Assembly: GCA_038231435.1 (NCBI GenBank)
Contig: JBBRLJ010000014.1
Coordinates: 36,146-100,145 of the forward strand
From: Planctomycetota bacterium
GTDB taxonomy: Bacteria; Planctomycetota; UBA11346
Direction of reading: 5' to 3'
Length of the DNA: 64,000 nt
The position numbers were made by a program, and so were the translations under genes. Positions 1 to 9,217 of this stretch are shown here, piece after piece; positions within the stretch are counted from its first letter, which is position 1; each line of letters begins with the position of its first letter. The notes beneath the pieces were generated by a model. The model was not told where the DNA came from. It searched no databases and saw only the letters and a list, made by a program, of their open reading frames with translations.

Positions 1-160
1 CGAAGAACCAGGGAGCGCCATCGCGACGGCGGCCAAGGACTGTCCTTCCCAATTCCCACTCCCGTAGGTAGCACCCCTCCAGGGCGTTCCTTGTAGGATG
101 GAAACACTCAACTCTCGTCGGGCCAGAACTTTTCTGTGTTCGAGTGGGCGAAGCTGGACG

Positions 161-3100
161 CTACTTCCCATCCACCAGCTCAGCGAGCCGCCAGCGCAGG
201 TAATCCTGCTCGAAGGCCGACAGCGTCGGCGGCAGGCGCGGGTCGGCAGCGATCGCCCGGTACGCGGCCAATGCGTCGGCGCGGGAACCTCGGTGATCGG
301 CGCGCAAGGCGCGAGCCCAGGTGAGCCGCAGCTCCAGCGCGCGCTTGCAGGGCTGAGCCAAGAAGCCGGCCTCGTCGATGGTACCGGCGATGAAGGCGCA
401 CAGGTGGTAGATGCGTTGGCCGTAGAGCCAGCGCGTGCGCTCGAGCGGCGATGCCAACGCCGACGCCAGCCTTGACGTATCGATGGCCGCGCGGGTGCTC
501 GCGCCGACCACGGGATCGCGATGCGCGGCATCGTTCTCCTCCGCGATGGGCAGCAGGGCAGGAAACACGTACTTGGCGAATCCCAGCTCATCCGCGTCGC
601 ACGGCACCTGGGCACGATCGAGGTCGGCGAGCAGGGCATGGGCCTGGTCGCGCTGGCCGAGTTCGAGCAGACGCACCACCGCCCGATAAAGTACCTCGTA
701 GGCCCGCGGATTCGCCACGATCAGTTCACCGATGCGATCCTGCGCCAGCAGCCCGCGGGCAACGGCGACGGGGAAATCGAGACCGGCGAGCTCGTCATAG
801 CGCTTCAGTCCGATCAGGGCTTCGGTCATCAGTGGTTTGTCGTTCGGCGCGGCGCGCATGACCTCCTCGTAACGCCCGAGCATCAGCAGTGCCTGGCAGC
901 GCACCGTGCCGTCGCATGCGGGGTCGTCGGCGACGGCGGCAGCCCCTCCGCGCTCCATCCGGCATTGCCAATAGAACCAGCCGTATTCGGGCTTGTCGCC
1001 GACCAGGCCCATCTGGAACTGGGCCTGGATGCGCTGGTACGGTTCGGTGGTCAGACGCAGGACGTCGTCGTACAGGCCCATGTTCAGGCGCGCTTGGTTC
1101 GCGGGAGTCGATTCGGCCGGATAGGAGTCGGCCAGATCGCGGAAACGACCGAACTGGCTGAGGACGCGCCAGGAATTGGATCCATAGATGTTCGACCACC
1201 ACGAAACCCCATACCGTTCACCCCAAGCCCGCAGCTCGGCGTAGGTCGTGACGATGCGGTCGCCCGTATCGGCGCGGAAGACCGGATCGGAGACCGCGCC
1301 CACCGGCAATGGCTCGAGCTCGACCATGTGCTCCTGGGCTATCTGGGTCATGACCATGCGCAGCAGCGGATGCGAGCGGTACGCGGCGAGCGCGGTGCGC
1401 AGGCGCAGGGCCTCGTCGACCTCGCCATGCCTGCGCGCGACCTGGAGACGCTCGTAGAGGGCATAGGGGATCAGTTCGTGTCCGGGATTGTCCTGTTCGA
1501 ATCGCGCCAGCAGCGCGAGTCCGCGCGCATCGTCCTCGGCGGTATGCGCGCGTAGCGCGCATACCGCCTGGCGGAACAACGCTGCGCGCGCGATGGCGGT
1601 GCCAGGGTAGGAGCGTTCGAGATCGATGTACTGCGCTTCGGCCTGGACATAGTCGCCAAGTTGCAGCAGCTTGTCGCCGACGATCAGCGGCGAGACGCGC
1701 TGGGGCAGCGGTCGATGGTAGATCGAGACATTGCTGAACACGCGGGGCGCCGGACCGGGGCAATCGAAGCCGAAGACATTGGGCGTGTCACCGTAGATCT
1801 CGGTCGGATCAAGGTAATCGAACACCGTACGCCCATCCATGATCAGGCGCAATCTGCCGCCCTCCTTCTCGAGCGAAAAATGGTAGGTGCGCGCCTTCGC
1901 CAAGGGCTCGGGGAGATAGCTGTTGTCGAGGACCTCGTAATCCTTCCCGCGGGTGAGCGCGACATACGAGGGATTGCCCCACGAGCCGACGTGGAAGGTG
2001 TAGCCCGACATGCGATCGGCGCCGCCGATGAAGCAATTGAAGTCGGCATTGAGGTCGGGGCTCGCGAAATCCCACTCGTACTTGATCGCGCCCAAGGGCG
2101 ACGGCAGGTAGGCGATATCGAGCCAGCCATTGGCGGGTCCGCGCGCTCGCAGCACGTGGTCGCGCAGGGCGTCCTGATCGATGTGCGCGGCATCCGAGAA
2201 CGCGACCGCCTCGCGCTTCGGCTCCCACCAATTCTCTTTCTGCGCCGACCAGTCCTTGGCCAAGGCACTGACTTCGGCCGGGAAACCCGGCCCATAGATG
2301 AGGTGCCAGCTGGCCTGGTCCTTGGCCTTCTCGGCTGCGAACATGCCGAGGATGACCGCCAGCAGGGCCACCGCCACCGCACCGGTCCACACCGCGCGGC
2401 GATTGCGCCGGTACCATCGAGCGACCGCCGCGCGCACGCCATCGCGGTAGGCGCTGACGGCTTGGCCGGCCTGGTAGGCGCGCAGGTCGGCGAGCATGTC
2501 GTCGGCCCGCTGATAGCGGCGGCCCGGGTCGGCCGCCATGGCCTTGAGGGCGATCGCGGTCAGTGGCGCCGGGGACATGCCGTCCTCTGCGAGCGTGGGC
2601 GCATCGACATCGCCGCGCCGCTTCTTGTTCCAGAACTCGTCCGGATCATCCGACCAGGTCGGCGGCCGCAGGAAGAGCGCATGGAACAGCGTGGCGCCCA
2701 GGCCGTAGATGTCGCTGCGGCGGTCGACGTTCTCGCGCCGCGCCTGTTCGGGGCTCATGTACAGCGGAGTCCCGTAGAGGCGCTGCGGGCCCGCCGCGTC
2801 GAGGCGGATGGCGCTGCCCCAGTCGACCAGCAGGATCTCGCCATAATCGCCGAGCACGATGTTCTCGGGCTTGATGTCCTGGTGGACGATGCCGCGGTGA
2901 TGGGCGTAACCGAGCGCCTGGCAGACGCCGATCGCCATGTTCACCACCGCATTCAGGTCCGACAGCGGGGGCTCGCGGCGTTCGCGCGTCGACAGTTGCA
3001 GCACCGAGGCGAGCGCGTGACCGCCAATGCGCGGCATGGTGAAGTAGGGGCGCCCGCGATGGTCGACGTCGATGTCGTGGACCGGCAGCACGTTCGGGTG

Positions 3101-3616
3101 GGTCAGCGACGCCGCGATGCGGGCTTCGTCGATGAAGCGCGCCTTGGCCTCGGAATCGCCGGACGCCACCAGCACCTTCAGCGCCACTTCACGGTCGAGA
3201 TCGCGATCGACCACCGCGTAGACGCGCCCGCTGGCGCCGACGCCGAGCAGGCTGTCGAGACCGTACCTCGCCGCGGTGGCCTGTGCGGCCTCCGGGAACT
3301 GATCGGCCGACATCGCTTTCCGGGCGAGCAGCGGAGCTTCCGCGTCGGCGCCTGCCGGCGCATCGGCGCTGGCGGCCACCGTCCAACCTCCGTCACCGTG
3401 GGGCCGATCTCCATCCCGCCCGGGGCCGGCCGCAGCTGGGGTCGCGGTCTCGGTGCGTCCGAACAGCGCACTGCGCGCATCCGCCGTGGCGCGAGCCGCG
3501 GCGGAAGCTGGCTGGGGTGGAAGCTCGGACATGCACGCGCAGTCTAACCAGGGCGCGAGGCGACCCAATGCGACTTCGGGGTCGATGACCAGCTTCCTAC
3601 GAGCAGCGTCGCTCAT
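161..3616 (-). CDS. Membrane-anchored Hanks-type Ser/Thr protein kinase with C-terminal beta-sandwich and TPR-like regions
   Basis: Kinase motifs LLGVGASGRV, VALK, HQDIKPENI, DWG, GTPLYMSPEQ, SDIYGLG; TM segment AVWTGAVAVALLAVILGMFAA; helical TPR-like C-terminus. Start uncertain. Confidence 0.92.
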   Translation of the reverse strand: MSDAARRKLVIDPEVALGRLAPWLDCACMSELPPQPASAAARATADARSALFGRTETATPAAAGPGRDGDRPHGDGGWTVAASADAPAGADAEAPLLARKAMSADQFPEAAQATAARYGLDSLLGVGASGRVYAVVDRDLDREVALKVLVASGDSEAKARFIDEARIAASLTHPNVLPVHDIDVDHRGRPYFTMPRIGGHALASVLQLSTRERREPPLSDLNAVVNMAIGVCQALGYAHHRGIVHQDIKPENIVLGDYGEILLVDWGSAIRLDAAGPQRLYGTPLYMSPEQARRENVDRRSDIYGLGATLFHALFLRPPTWSDDPDEFWNKKRRGDVDAPTLAEDGMSPAPLTAIALKAMAADPGRRYQRADDMLADLRAYQAGQAVSAYRDGVRAAVARWYRRNRRAVWTGAVAVALLAVILGMFAAEKAKDQASWHLIYGPGFPAEVSALAKDWSAQKENWWEPKREAVAFSDAAHIDQDALRDHVLRARGPANGWLDIAYLPSPLGAIKYEWDFASPDLNADFNCFIGGADRMSGYTFHVGSWGNPSYVALTRGKDYEVLDNSYLPEPLAKARTYHFSLEKEGGRLRLIMDGRTVFDYLDPTEIYGDTPNVFGFDCPGPAPRVFSNVSIYHRPLPQRVSPLIVGDKLLQLGDYVQAEAQYIDLERSYPGTAIARAALFRQAVCALRAHTAEDDARGLALLARFEQDNPGHELIPYALYERLQVARRHGEVDEALRLRTALAAYRSHPLLRMVMTQIAQEHMVELEPLPVGAVSDPVFRADTGDRIVTTYAELRAWGERYGVSWWSNIYGSNSWRVLSQFGRFRDLADSYPAESTPANQARLNMGLYDDVLRLTTEPYQRIQAQFQMGLVGDKPEYGWFYWQCRMERGGAAAVADDPACDGTVRCQALLMLGRYEEVMRAAPNDKPLMTEALIGLKRYDELAGLDFPVAVARGLLAQDRIGELIVANPRAYEVLYRAVVRLLELGQRDQAHALLADLDRAQVPCDADELGFAKYVFPALLPIAEENDAAHRDPVVGASTRAAIDTSRLASALASPLERTRWLYGQRIYHLCAFIAGTIDEAGFLAQPCKRALELRLTWARALRADHRGSRADALAAYRAIAADPRLPPTLSAFEQDYLRWRLAELVDGK

Positions 3617-3667
3617 TCTGACGCGTGTTGGTCGCGCCGTCGCCAGATACCGTGCATCCCCGCATGA

Positions 3668-3976
3668 TCAGTCCCCTTCCAACGAGGGATCCTCATCGTC
3701 TATCGGGGCCAGGAAATAGAGCCTGCTGTCCGCGTCGAAGCGGTGGATGCTCCAACCGATGCGCGAGAGCAGGGACACCAGCTGTGACTTGGGGGCGGGT
3801 GGATCGTCAGCGCCCAGGATGCGGTCGGTGTCGTCGAAGTCCTCGTCCTCGGGCTCGACATGGATGAGGTAGCCCTCGTTCCAGCCGCCTTCCTCGCTCA
3901 AGCCCCAATGATGGTCCGGGAAGGCCGCCTTCAATGCCTCGAAGACCTGCTTGCGCGTGCTCGGCTGGGTGGTCAT
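3668..3976 (-). CDS. Small acidic hypothetical protein
   Basis: 102-aa ORF with globular, non-shadow composition filling the gap between the MFS and kinase genes on the same strand. Confidence 0.6.
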   Translation of the reverse strand: MTTQPSTRKQVFEALKAAFPDHHWGLSEEGGWNEGYLIHVEPEDEDFDDTDRILGADDPPAPKSQLVSLLSRIGWSIHRFDADSRLYFLAPIDDEDPSLEGD

Positions 3977-4046
3977 GGGCGATCCGGGACTGTCCTGATG
4001 GCGCCGGGAATTTCAACGGCGAGCGCGCGTACCCAAGAGGGAGCCG

Positions 4047-5273
4047 TCATACCGACGGGGCCGGCGCCGATGGTCGCTCGGGATCCGTCGTGCGCACCGC
4101 CCGCGACAGCCACACCGCGGCGAGGACGGCCACGCACGACATCAGGCCGACCAGATCGTAGTGGCGGATCGGGCCAGCGGCCTCGCTCACGATGATCATC
4201 GAGCTGACGGTGGTGGCGATGCCGCTGACCAGAGACTGCGTCGCCGAATTGATGCTCATGAATGCGCCGCGCTGGTGCGCGGCAACGCTCGCCGTGACCA
4301 TCGCCGAAGCCGGTATGTAGCGGCCGCTCATCAGGATCATGAAGATGGTCGAGACCGTCAGCGCCGCAGCGAGCGGCAGGCGCGGCAGATTGGTGAGAGC
4401 GATCAGCGGGATCAGCGACAGCAGTGCCACCCACACGAAAACACGGTGCTTGCCGTGACGGTCGGCGAGCCGGCCGATCACGCGCGCGGTGACGATGGTG
4501 GCGACGCCGCCGCAAATATAGATGTAGGCGAGCTGGCCATCCGCCAGGCCGACATTGGTCACCATGTACGTCGCCATGAAGGGGATGATGGTGAATCCGG
4601 CGAAGGTCAATGCCATCATCATGGTCAGGGCGGCGGCGTGGCCGCGATCGGCGAGCAGCGCGCGATAGAAGCCGAACAGGCTCGCTTGCGAAGGCGGATG
4701 GACCAGATGCGCGCGCATCCGCGGCAGGCCGAGCATGGCGAGCGCGAGCGCTGGAATGCTGGCCAGCGCGACCAGCGCGAACGCCGCATGCCAATCCCAG
4801 CGCGTGGCCGCCCACAGGCCGAGCGGCACGCCTATCACCGAAGCCAGCGAGAACGCGGTCATGATCGCGCCCATGGCCGCGCCGCGACGTTCGTAGGGGA
4901 TCTGATCGCCGATGATCGCGAACACGAGCGCGCCGAGCACGCCGCCGAAGGCGCCGGCGAGGATGCGGCCCACCATCAGCAGCGCATAGCTCTGCGCACA
5001 GGCGCACGCCACCGTGCCGAGGATGAAGCCGGCATAGAGCAGGATGAGCGCGCGCTTTCGGTCGAAGCGGTCGAGCAGGCGCGAGGCGACCAGCGCCGAG
5101 AGCCCCGCGCTGAGGTTGTAAGCCGATACCAGCGCGCCGAAGCCGTGCGGCCCGATGTCGAATGCGCGCATCAGCTGCGGGCCCAGGGGCATCATCACTA
5201 CGAAATCCGTGATGTTGGTGAACTGCACCGTGGTCAGCAGCGCGACCAATAGGCGCTCCTGGCGGGTGACCAT
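4047..5273 (-). CDS. MFS transporter (DHA1/AraJ-like)
   Basis: About 12 hydrophobic segments; motif A-like SRLLDRFDRKR and GRLADRHGKHR; GRILAGAFGG. Confidence 0.93.
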   Translation of the reverse strand: MVTRQERLLVALLTTVQFTNITDFVVMMPLGPQLMRAFDIGPHGFGALVSAYNLSAGLSALVASRLLDRFDRKRALILLYAGFILGTVACACAQSYALLMVGRILAGAFGGVLGALVFAIIGDQIPYERRGAAMGAIMTAFSLASVIGVPLGLWAATRWDWHAAFALVALASIPALALAMLGLPRMRAHLVHPPSQASLFGFYRALLADRGHAAALTMMMALTFAGFTIIPFMATYMVTNVGLADGQLAYIYICGGVATIVTARVIGRLADRHGKHRVFVWVALLSLIPLIALTNLPRLPLAAALTVSTIFMILMSGRYIPASAMVTASVAAHQRGAFMSINSATQSLVSGIATTVSSMIIVSEAAGPIRHYDLVGLMSCVAVLAAVWLSRAVRTTDPERPSAPAPSV

Positions 5274-5453
5274 GGCCCGAGGATATCAGCGAGCTCGGAA
5301 TCCGTAGCCCGCTACCCGCGCCGGAGCAGGCGGTTTAACCAACGTGATGGGAGCTTTCCTCGGTGTGATGCAATTACCTCATGCCGTAATATTCGACACG
5401 TCCGCCGCAACCTCCTGTCCATCCCCGGCGCACACTGTCGCCTGGAGGCACCA

Positions 5454-6599
5454 ATGGCCACCAGGGCGAATGGCGAGAATCTGCGCTGGTACCGATCACC
5501 GGTGAGCAAGGCCGACATGGCTCTGCTCAACCAGCGCAGCGATCTCAAGGGATGGCTGTGGACGCTCGGATATCTCGGGCTGCTGGCCACGACCGGCACG
5601 GCGGCGTACCTTGCGGTCGGGCGGCTGCACTGGGCGGCGGTGCTCGGCCTGTTGTACGTCCATGGCACCTGCTGGAGCTTCCTGATCAACGGCTTCCACG
5701 AACTGATCCACGATTCGGTGTTCAAGACCAGGAAGCTGAACGAGTGGTTCCTCTGGATCTTCGGCTTCCTCGGCATGCACAGCCATGTGTGGTTCTGGGC
5801 GAGCCACACCGAACACCACAAGTTCACGCTGCATCCGCCCGACGACCAGGAAGTTGTCTTGCCAGCGCAGCTGAAGCTCAAGGACTTCCTCTTCAGCGCC
5901 GTGGTGAATCCGCTCGGCCTGAAGTGGAACCTCAAGACCAATCTGCGCCACGCCCGCGGCCGCCTCGAGGGTGATTGGGAACACCGGCTGTTCGCCACGG
6001 ATGCCGAGAACCTTCGCCGGCTGGTGCGCTGGGCGAGATTCCTGCTCATCGGGCACGGGGCGATCATCATTGGCTCGCTGTGCGTCGACCGCTGGGTACT
6101 GCCGGGCCACCACCTGTGGATGGTTCCGATCCTCACCACCTGCGCCAGCTTCTACGGCAATGCGCTGCACTGGCTCTGCAACAATACCCAGCACGTCGGA
6201 TTGCGCGCCAACGTGCCGGACTTCCGGCTCTGCTGCCGGACCATCCGACTCAATCCGCTGATCCGATTCCTGTACTGGAACATGAACTACCACACCGAAC
6301 ACCACATGTTCGCCGCGGTACCCTGCTACAATCTGGGCAAGCTCCACCGCCTGATCAGTGCTGACCTGCCCCCCTGCCCCAATGGCCTGTACCAGTCCTG
6401 GATGGAGATCGCGCGGATCATGAGGCGTCAGCGCGCCGAGCCGGGCTACGTCTTCACCGCCCCGGTCCCGACCAATCCCCCTGTCGAGACCCTGGCCACC
6501 GCCTCCTCCGCAACGAATCCCAGCAGCGATCCCGCATCGCCACGGTCAAACGATACCCGCCCGACGCTCGAACCGGAGAAGCACATTGTCGCTTCCTGA
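5454..6599 (+). CDS. Fatty acid desaturase family membrane di-iron oxygenase (MocD-like)
   Basis: His boxes HELIH, HTEHH and YHTEHH(M)F..VPCYNL; GGAGG RBS upstream. Confidence 0.88.
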   Translation: MATRANGENLRWYRSPVSKADMALLNQRSDLKGWLWTLGYLGLLATTGTAAYLAVGRLHWAAVLGLLYVHGTCWSFLINGFHELIHDSVFKTRKLNEWFLWIFGFLGMHSHVWFWASHTEHHKFTLHPPDDQEVVLPAQLKLKDFLFSAVVNPLGLKWNLKTNLRHARGRLEGDWEHRLFATDAENLRRLVRWARFLLIGHGAIIIGSLCVDRWVLPGHHLWMVPILTTCASFYGNALHWLCNNTQHVGLRANVPDFRLCCRTIRLNPLIRFLYWNMNYHTEHHMFAAVPCYNLGKLHRLISADLPPCPNGLYQSWMEIARIMRRQRAEPGYVFTAPVPTNPPVETLATASSATNPSSDPASPRSNDTRPTLEPEKHIVAS

Positions 6600-6742
6600 C
6601 CGCCGTTAGCGCGACCGACATCACATCCTCGTACCTGCCTAGGCTCTCTACTTTCTGCCTCATGCTTCTGGCTCTTCCATATCCACCTTCCCCTCCTTCC
6701 CTTCCCCCCTCCCCCGTGGACGCTCGCGCTCACGGAGACGTC

Positions 6743-7144
6743 ATGAAGGCCACCGAGCTCATCCAGGAATATTACCGGCGGTTCAACGCCGGCGACCGCA
6801 CGGCTTTCCTCGAACTGCTCGCCGACGACGTGGCCCATGACATCAACCAGAGCCATCGCGAAGTCGGCAAGGACGCCTTCCGGGTGTTCATGGAGCGTAT
6901 GGATCGCAGCTACCGCGAGCGCATCGCCGACATCGTGGTCATGGTCGACCCCAGCGGCATTCGCGCCGCGGTCGAATACGTGGTGCATGGCACGTACCTT
7001 GCCACCGACCAGGGCCTGCCGCCCGCGCGCGGACAGACCTACACGCTACCCGGCGGCGCCTTCTTCGAGATCCGATCCGGCAAGGTCCTCCGGGTCACGA
7101 ATTACTACAATCTCGAGGACTGGCTGCGCCAAGTGCGGGCGTGA
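6743..7144 (+). CDS. SnoaL/NTF2-like ketosteroid-isomerase-related protein
   Basis: YYRRFNAGD...LLADDVAHD, GLPPARGQTYTLPGGAFF, RVTNYYNL; GGAG RBS before ATG 6743. Confidence 0.88.
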   Translation: MKATELIQEYYRRFNAGDRTAFLELLADDVAHDINQSHREVGKDAFRVFMERMDRSYRERIADIVVMVDPSGIRAAVEYVVHGTYLATDQGLPPARGQTYTLPGGAFFEIRSGKVLRVTNYYNLEDWLRQVRA

Positions 7145-7187
7145 AACATCGGTGACCCGTCTGCCGTCGCGCGCGCTCCACGACCCG

Positions 7188-8027
7188 TCACCGGATGCGA
7201 TAGGCTCCCGGCGCGCGCGCATCTGCGAGCGGCCTGACCGTGCCCTGCTCGCGTGTTCGCCGCAAGAGCTCCAGATCGAGTTCGGCCAGCACGGTCACCG
7301 GCTGATCCCAGCCACCTTCAGCGGCGAGGCCATCGCGTGCGAAGCCGGCATCGCTCGGTGTCAGCACGCCGGCCGATCCGCAGGCCTGCTCGAAGTCGGG
7401 CACCGACGGCATGGCGCCGACCAAGGGGGCATGGACGACGTAGACGGTGTTCTCGATGCAGCGCGCGTGCGCACACCAGCGCACGCGCTGGAACCCCGCG
7501 CGGTCGTCCGTCCAAGACGGCACCGCCAGCACCTCGGCCCCGGCGCGTGCCGACGCGCGCGCGAGCTCCGGGAACTCGATGTCGTAGCACACCAGGATAG
7601 CGAGACGTGCACCAGCCACCTCCACGATGCGCAGGGCGTCGGTCTCGGGCAGCCCCCAGTGGCGCTCCCAGGGCGTCGGATGCAGTTTGTCCTGGGTGAT
7701 CTCGCTGCCATCTGGCTGGACGAGCAGCGCGCGGTTGAACGAGATCTCTCCCTCGCGCACGATGTGGGTCCCGCCGAGCACGGCGATGCGATGCTCGCGC
7801 GCGCTGGCGATGATCGTCGCGCGCCACAGCGGCGTCCATCGCGACCAGTCGCGGTCGAGCGCCAACAGTGGAGACGTCAGGTACTCGGGTAGGACGATCA
7901 GCGCGGCGCCACCATCCGCCGTAACGCGTACGCGCGCGCGTACGTCCTCAGCCCAGGCCTCGGGACTGGCGGCCGGAGCCAACGGAAATGCCGAAGCGGC
8001 CACGGTCAGGGTCAGCGTCATCGCCAC
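7188..8027 (-). CDS. Carbon-nitrogen hydrolase (nitrilase superfamily)
   Basis: Catalytic triad contexts LPEY, QDKLH, VCYDIEFPE; ARCIEN. Confidence 0.92.
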   Translation of the reverse strand: MAMTLTLTVAASAFPLAPAASPEAWAEDVRARVRVTADGGAALIVLPEYLTSPLLALDRDWSRWTPLWRATIIASAREHRIAVLGGTHIVREGEISFNRALLVQPDGSEITQDKLHPTPWERHWGLPETDALRIVEVAGARLAILVCYDIEFPELARASARAGAEVLAVPSWTDDRAGFQRVRWCAHARCIENTVYVVHAPLVGAMPSVPDFEQACGSAGVLTPSDAGFARDGLAAEGGWDQPVTVLAELDLELLRRTREQGTVRPLADARAPGAYRIR

Positions 8028-8031
8028 ATGG

Positions 8032-8667
8032 TCAGCGAAAATCTGGATTGCGCCACTCCATCAGCAATGCGCAGCCCGCGGATTCGACGTCGTCGAGGTA
8101 GGCGCGCACCACCCTGATCGGCTCGAGGCCGGCGCTCAGCTGGGGCGTGATCACCGGATCGAGCACCCGGCCGGCGAGGACCTCGCGCGCATAGTCCTCT
8201 GGAGTGGTACCCGGGTGCGCATCCCGGTAGGCCGCGTAGCCGGCGAGCCTGCTGCCGGCGAGGAAGCGGCGCAGACGCAGGCGTCTGACCAGCGCGTAAC
8301 GTGCCTGGTACAAGGCTCTGGCGATACCCTGGCCGCGCCACGCCGGGCGCACCGCGACATCGACTCCGTAGAGCGTGTCGCCTGCGGGATCGTGGTTGCG
8401 CAGATAGCCGCCGTCGGAGGCCTGGGCCCAGGTATGATCGCCGTCGTCCGGGCTCCAGCGCTGCACGTGCGCGGTGGCGGATGCGACCAGGGTGCCATCT
8501 CCGCTCTCGGCACAGAGCGCTCCCTCGGGAAATACCCGCGCATGGGTCGCGATCTGCTCGGCGTTCCACCACAGCTCCTGGGGAAACGGCGGCGGGAAGC
8601 ATTCGCGCTGGATGGCGATCAGCGCAGCGAGATCGGCGGGGCCGTAGGAACGGATGCGCGGCGGCAT
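8032..8667 (-). CDS. GNAT family N-acetyltransferase
   Basis: QRECFPPPFP, GDTLYGVDVAVRPAWRGQGIARALY, C-terminal MEWRNP; start re-placed at ATG 8667. Confidence 0.9.
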   Translation of the reverse strand: MPPRIRSYGPADLAALIAIQRECFPPPFPQELWWNAEQIATHARVFPEGALCAESGDGTLVASATAHVQRWSPDDGDHTWAQASDGGYLRNHDPAGDTLYGVDVAVRPAWRGQGIARALYQARYALVRRLRLRRFLAGSRLAGYAAYRDAHPGTTPEDYAREVLAGRVLDPVITPQLSAGLEPIRVVRAYLDDVESAGCALLMEWRNPDFR

Positions 8668-8832
8668 GCGCGGCACGGTACCGGGCGCAGGCGGGGCGCA
8701 CGCGAATCCGCCCACGTCCGTATGGCATGACGACGCCTGAGGCGCCGAAACGGATGACTGGTGATTCGTTTGGTCCATGATGACGCCAGTCACTGCGCAG
8801 AGACGGACGAAACCGATACGAAGGAACAACCC

Positions 8833-9201
8833 ATGAGCATCCGACTGGAACGGCTCATTCCGGTGCTGATGGTGCGCGATGTCCAGGCCTCCATCCGCTT
8901 CTACGCCGACTGCCTGGGATTCACGCTGACATTCACGGATGCGTCGACCGTGCCTCGCTATGTCGGCATGGAGCGCGACGGCATCCTCATCCACATGCAG
9001 TGGCATGACGCCCGCGAATGGGATTTCCCGAACGATCGGCCGACCTACCGCATCGTGGTCCAGGACGTCGATGGGCTGCACCGCGACCTCGCCGGCCGGA
9101 TTGCGCGCTGCACCGCGGTGTGGGATACGGATTGGGGGACGCGCGAATTCCACGTCCAGGATCCGGACATGAACGGCCTGCAGTTCTACCGCATGCGCTG
9201 A
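8833..9201 (+). CDS. VOC/glyoxalase/bleomycin-resistance family protein
   Basis: PVLMVRDVQASIRFY...LGF and DWGTREFHVQDPDMNGLQF; AAGGA RBS. Confidence 0.9.
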   Translation: MSIRLERLIPVLMVRDVQASIRFYADCLGFTLTFTDASTVPRYVGMERDGILIHMQWHDAREWDFPNDRPTYRIVVQDVDGLHRDLAGRIARCTAVWDTDWGTREFHVQDPDMNGLQFYRMR

Positions 9202-9217
9202 GCTGCCGTCCTCGGCG

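Noticed and set aside
1661-3547. 628-aa + strand ORF and many similar long antisense ORFs (e.g. 24751-26148, 40155-41546, 52501-53880, 57083-58597)
   Set aside because: They mirror well-supported genes on the opposite strand, carry no motifs, and are expected from GC-rich codon bias
8668-9153. Long N-terminal extension of the GNAT ORF (similar extensions on 34758-38780, 47494-48726, 55289-56353 and 38704-39504)
   Set aside because: The extensions overlap neighbouring real genes or are low-complexity; downstream starts fit the family lengths
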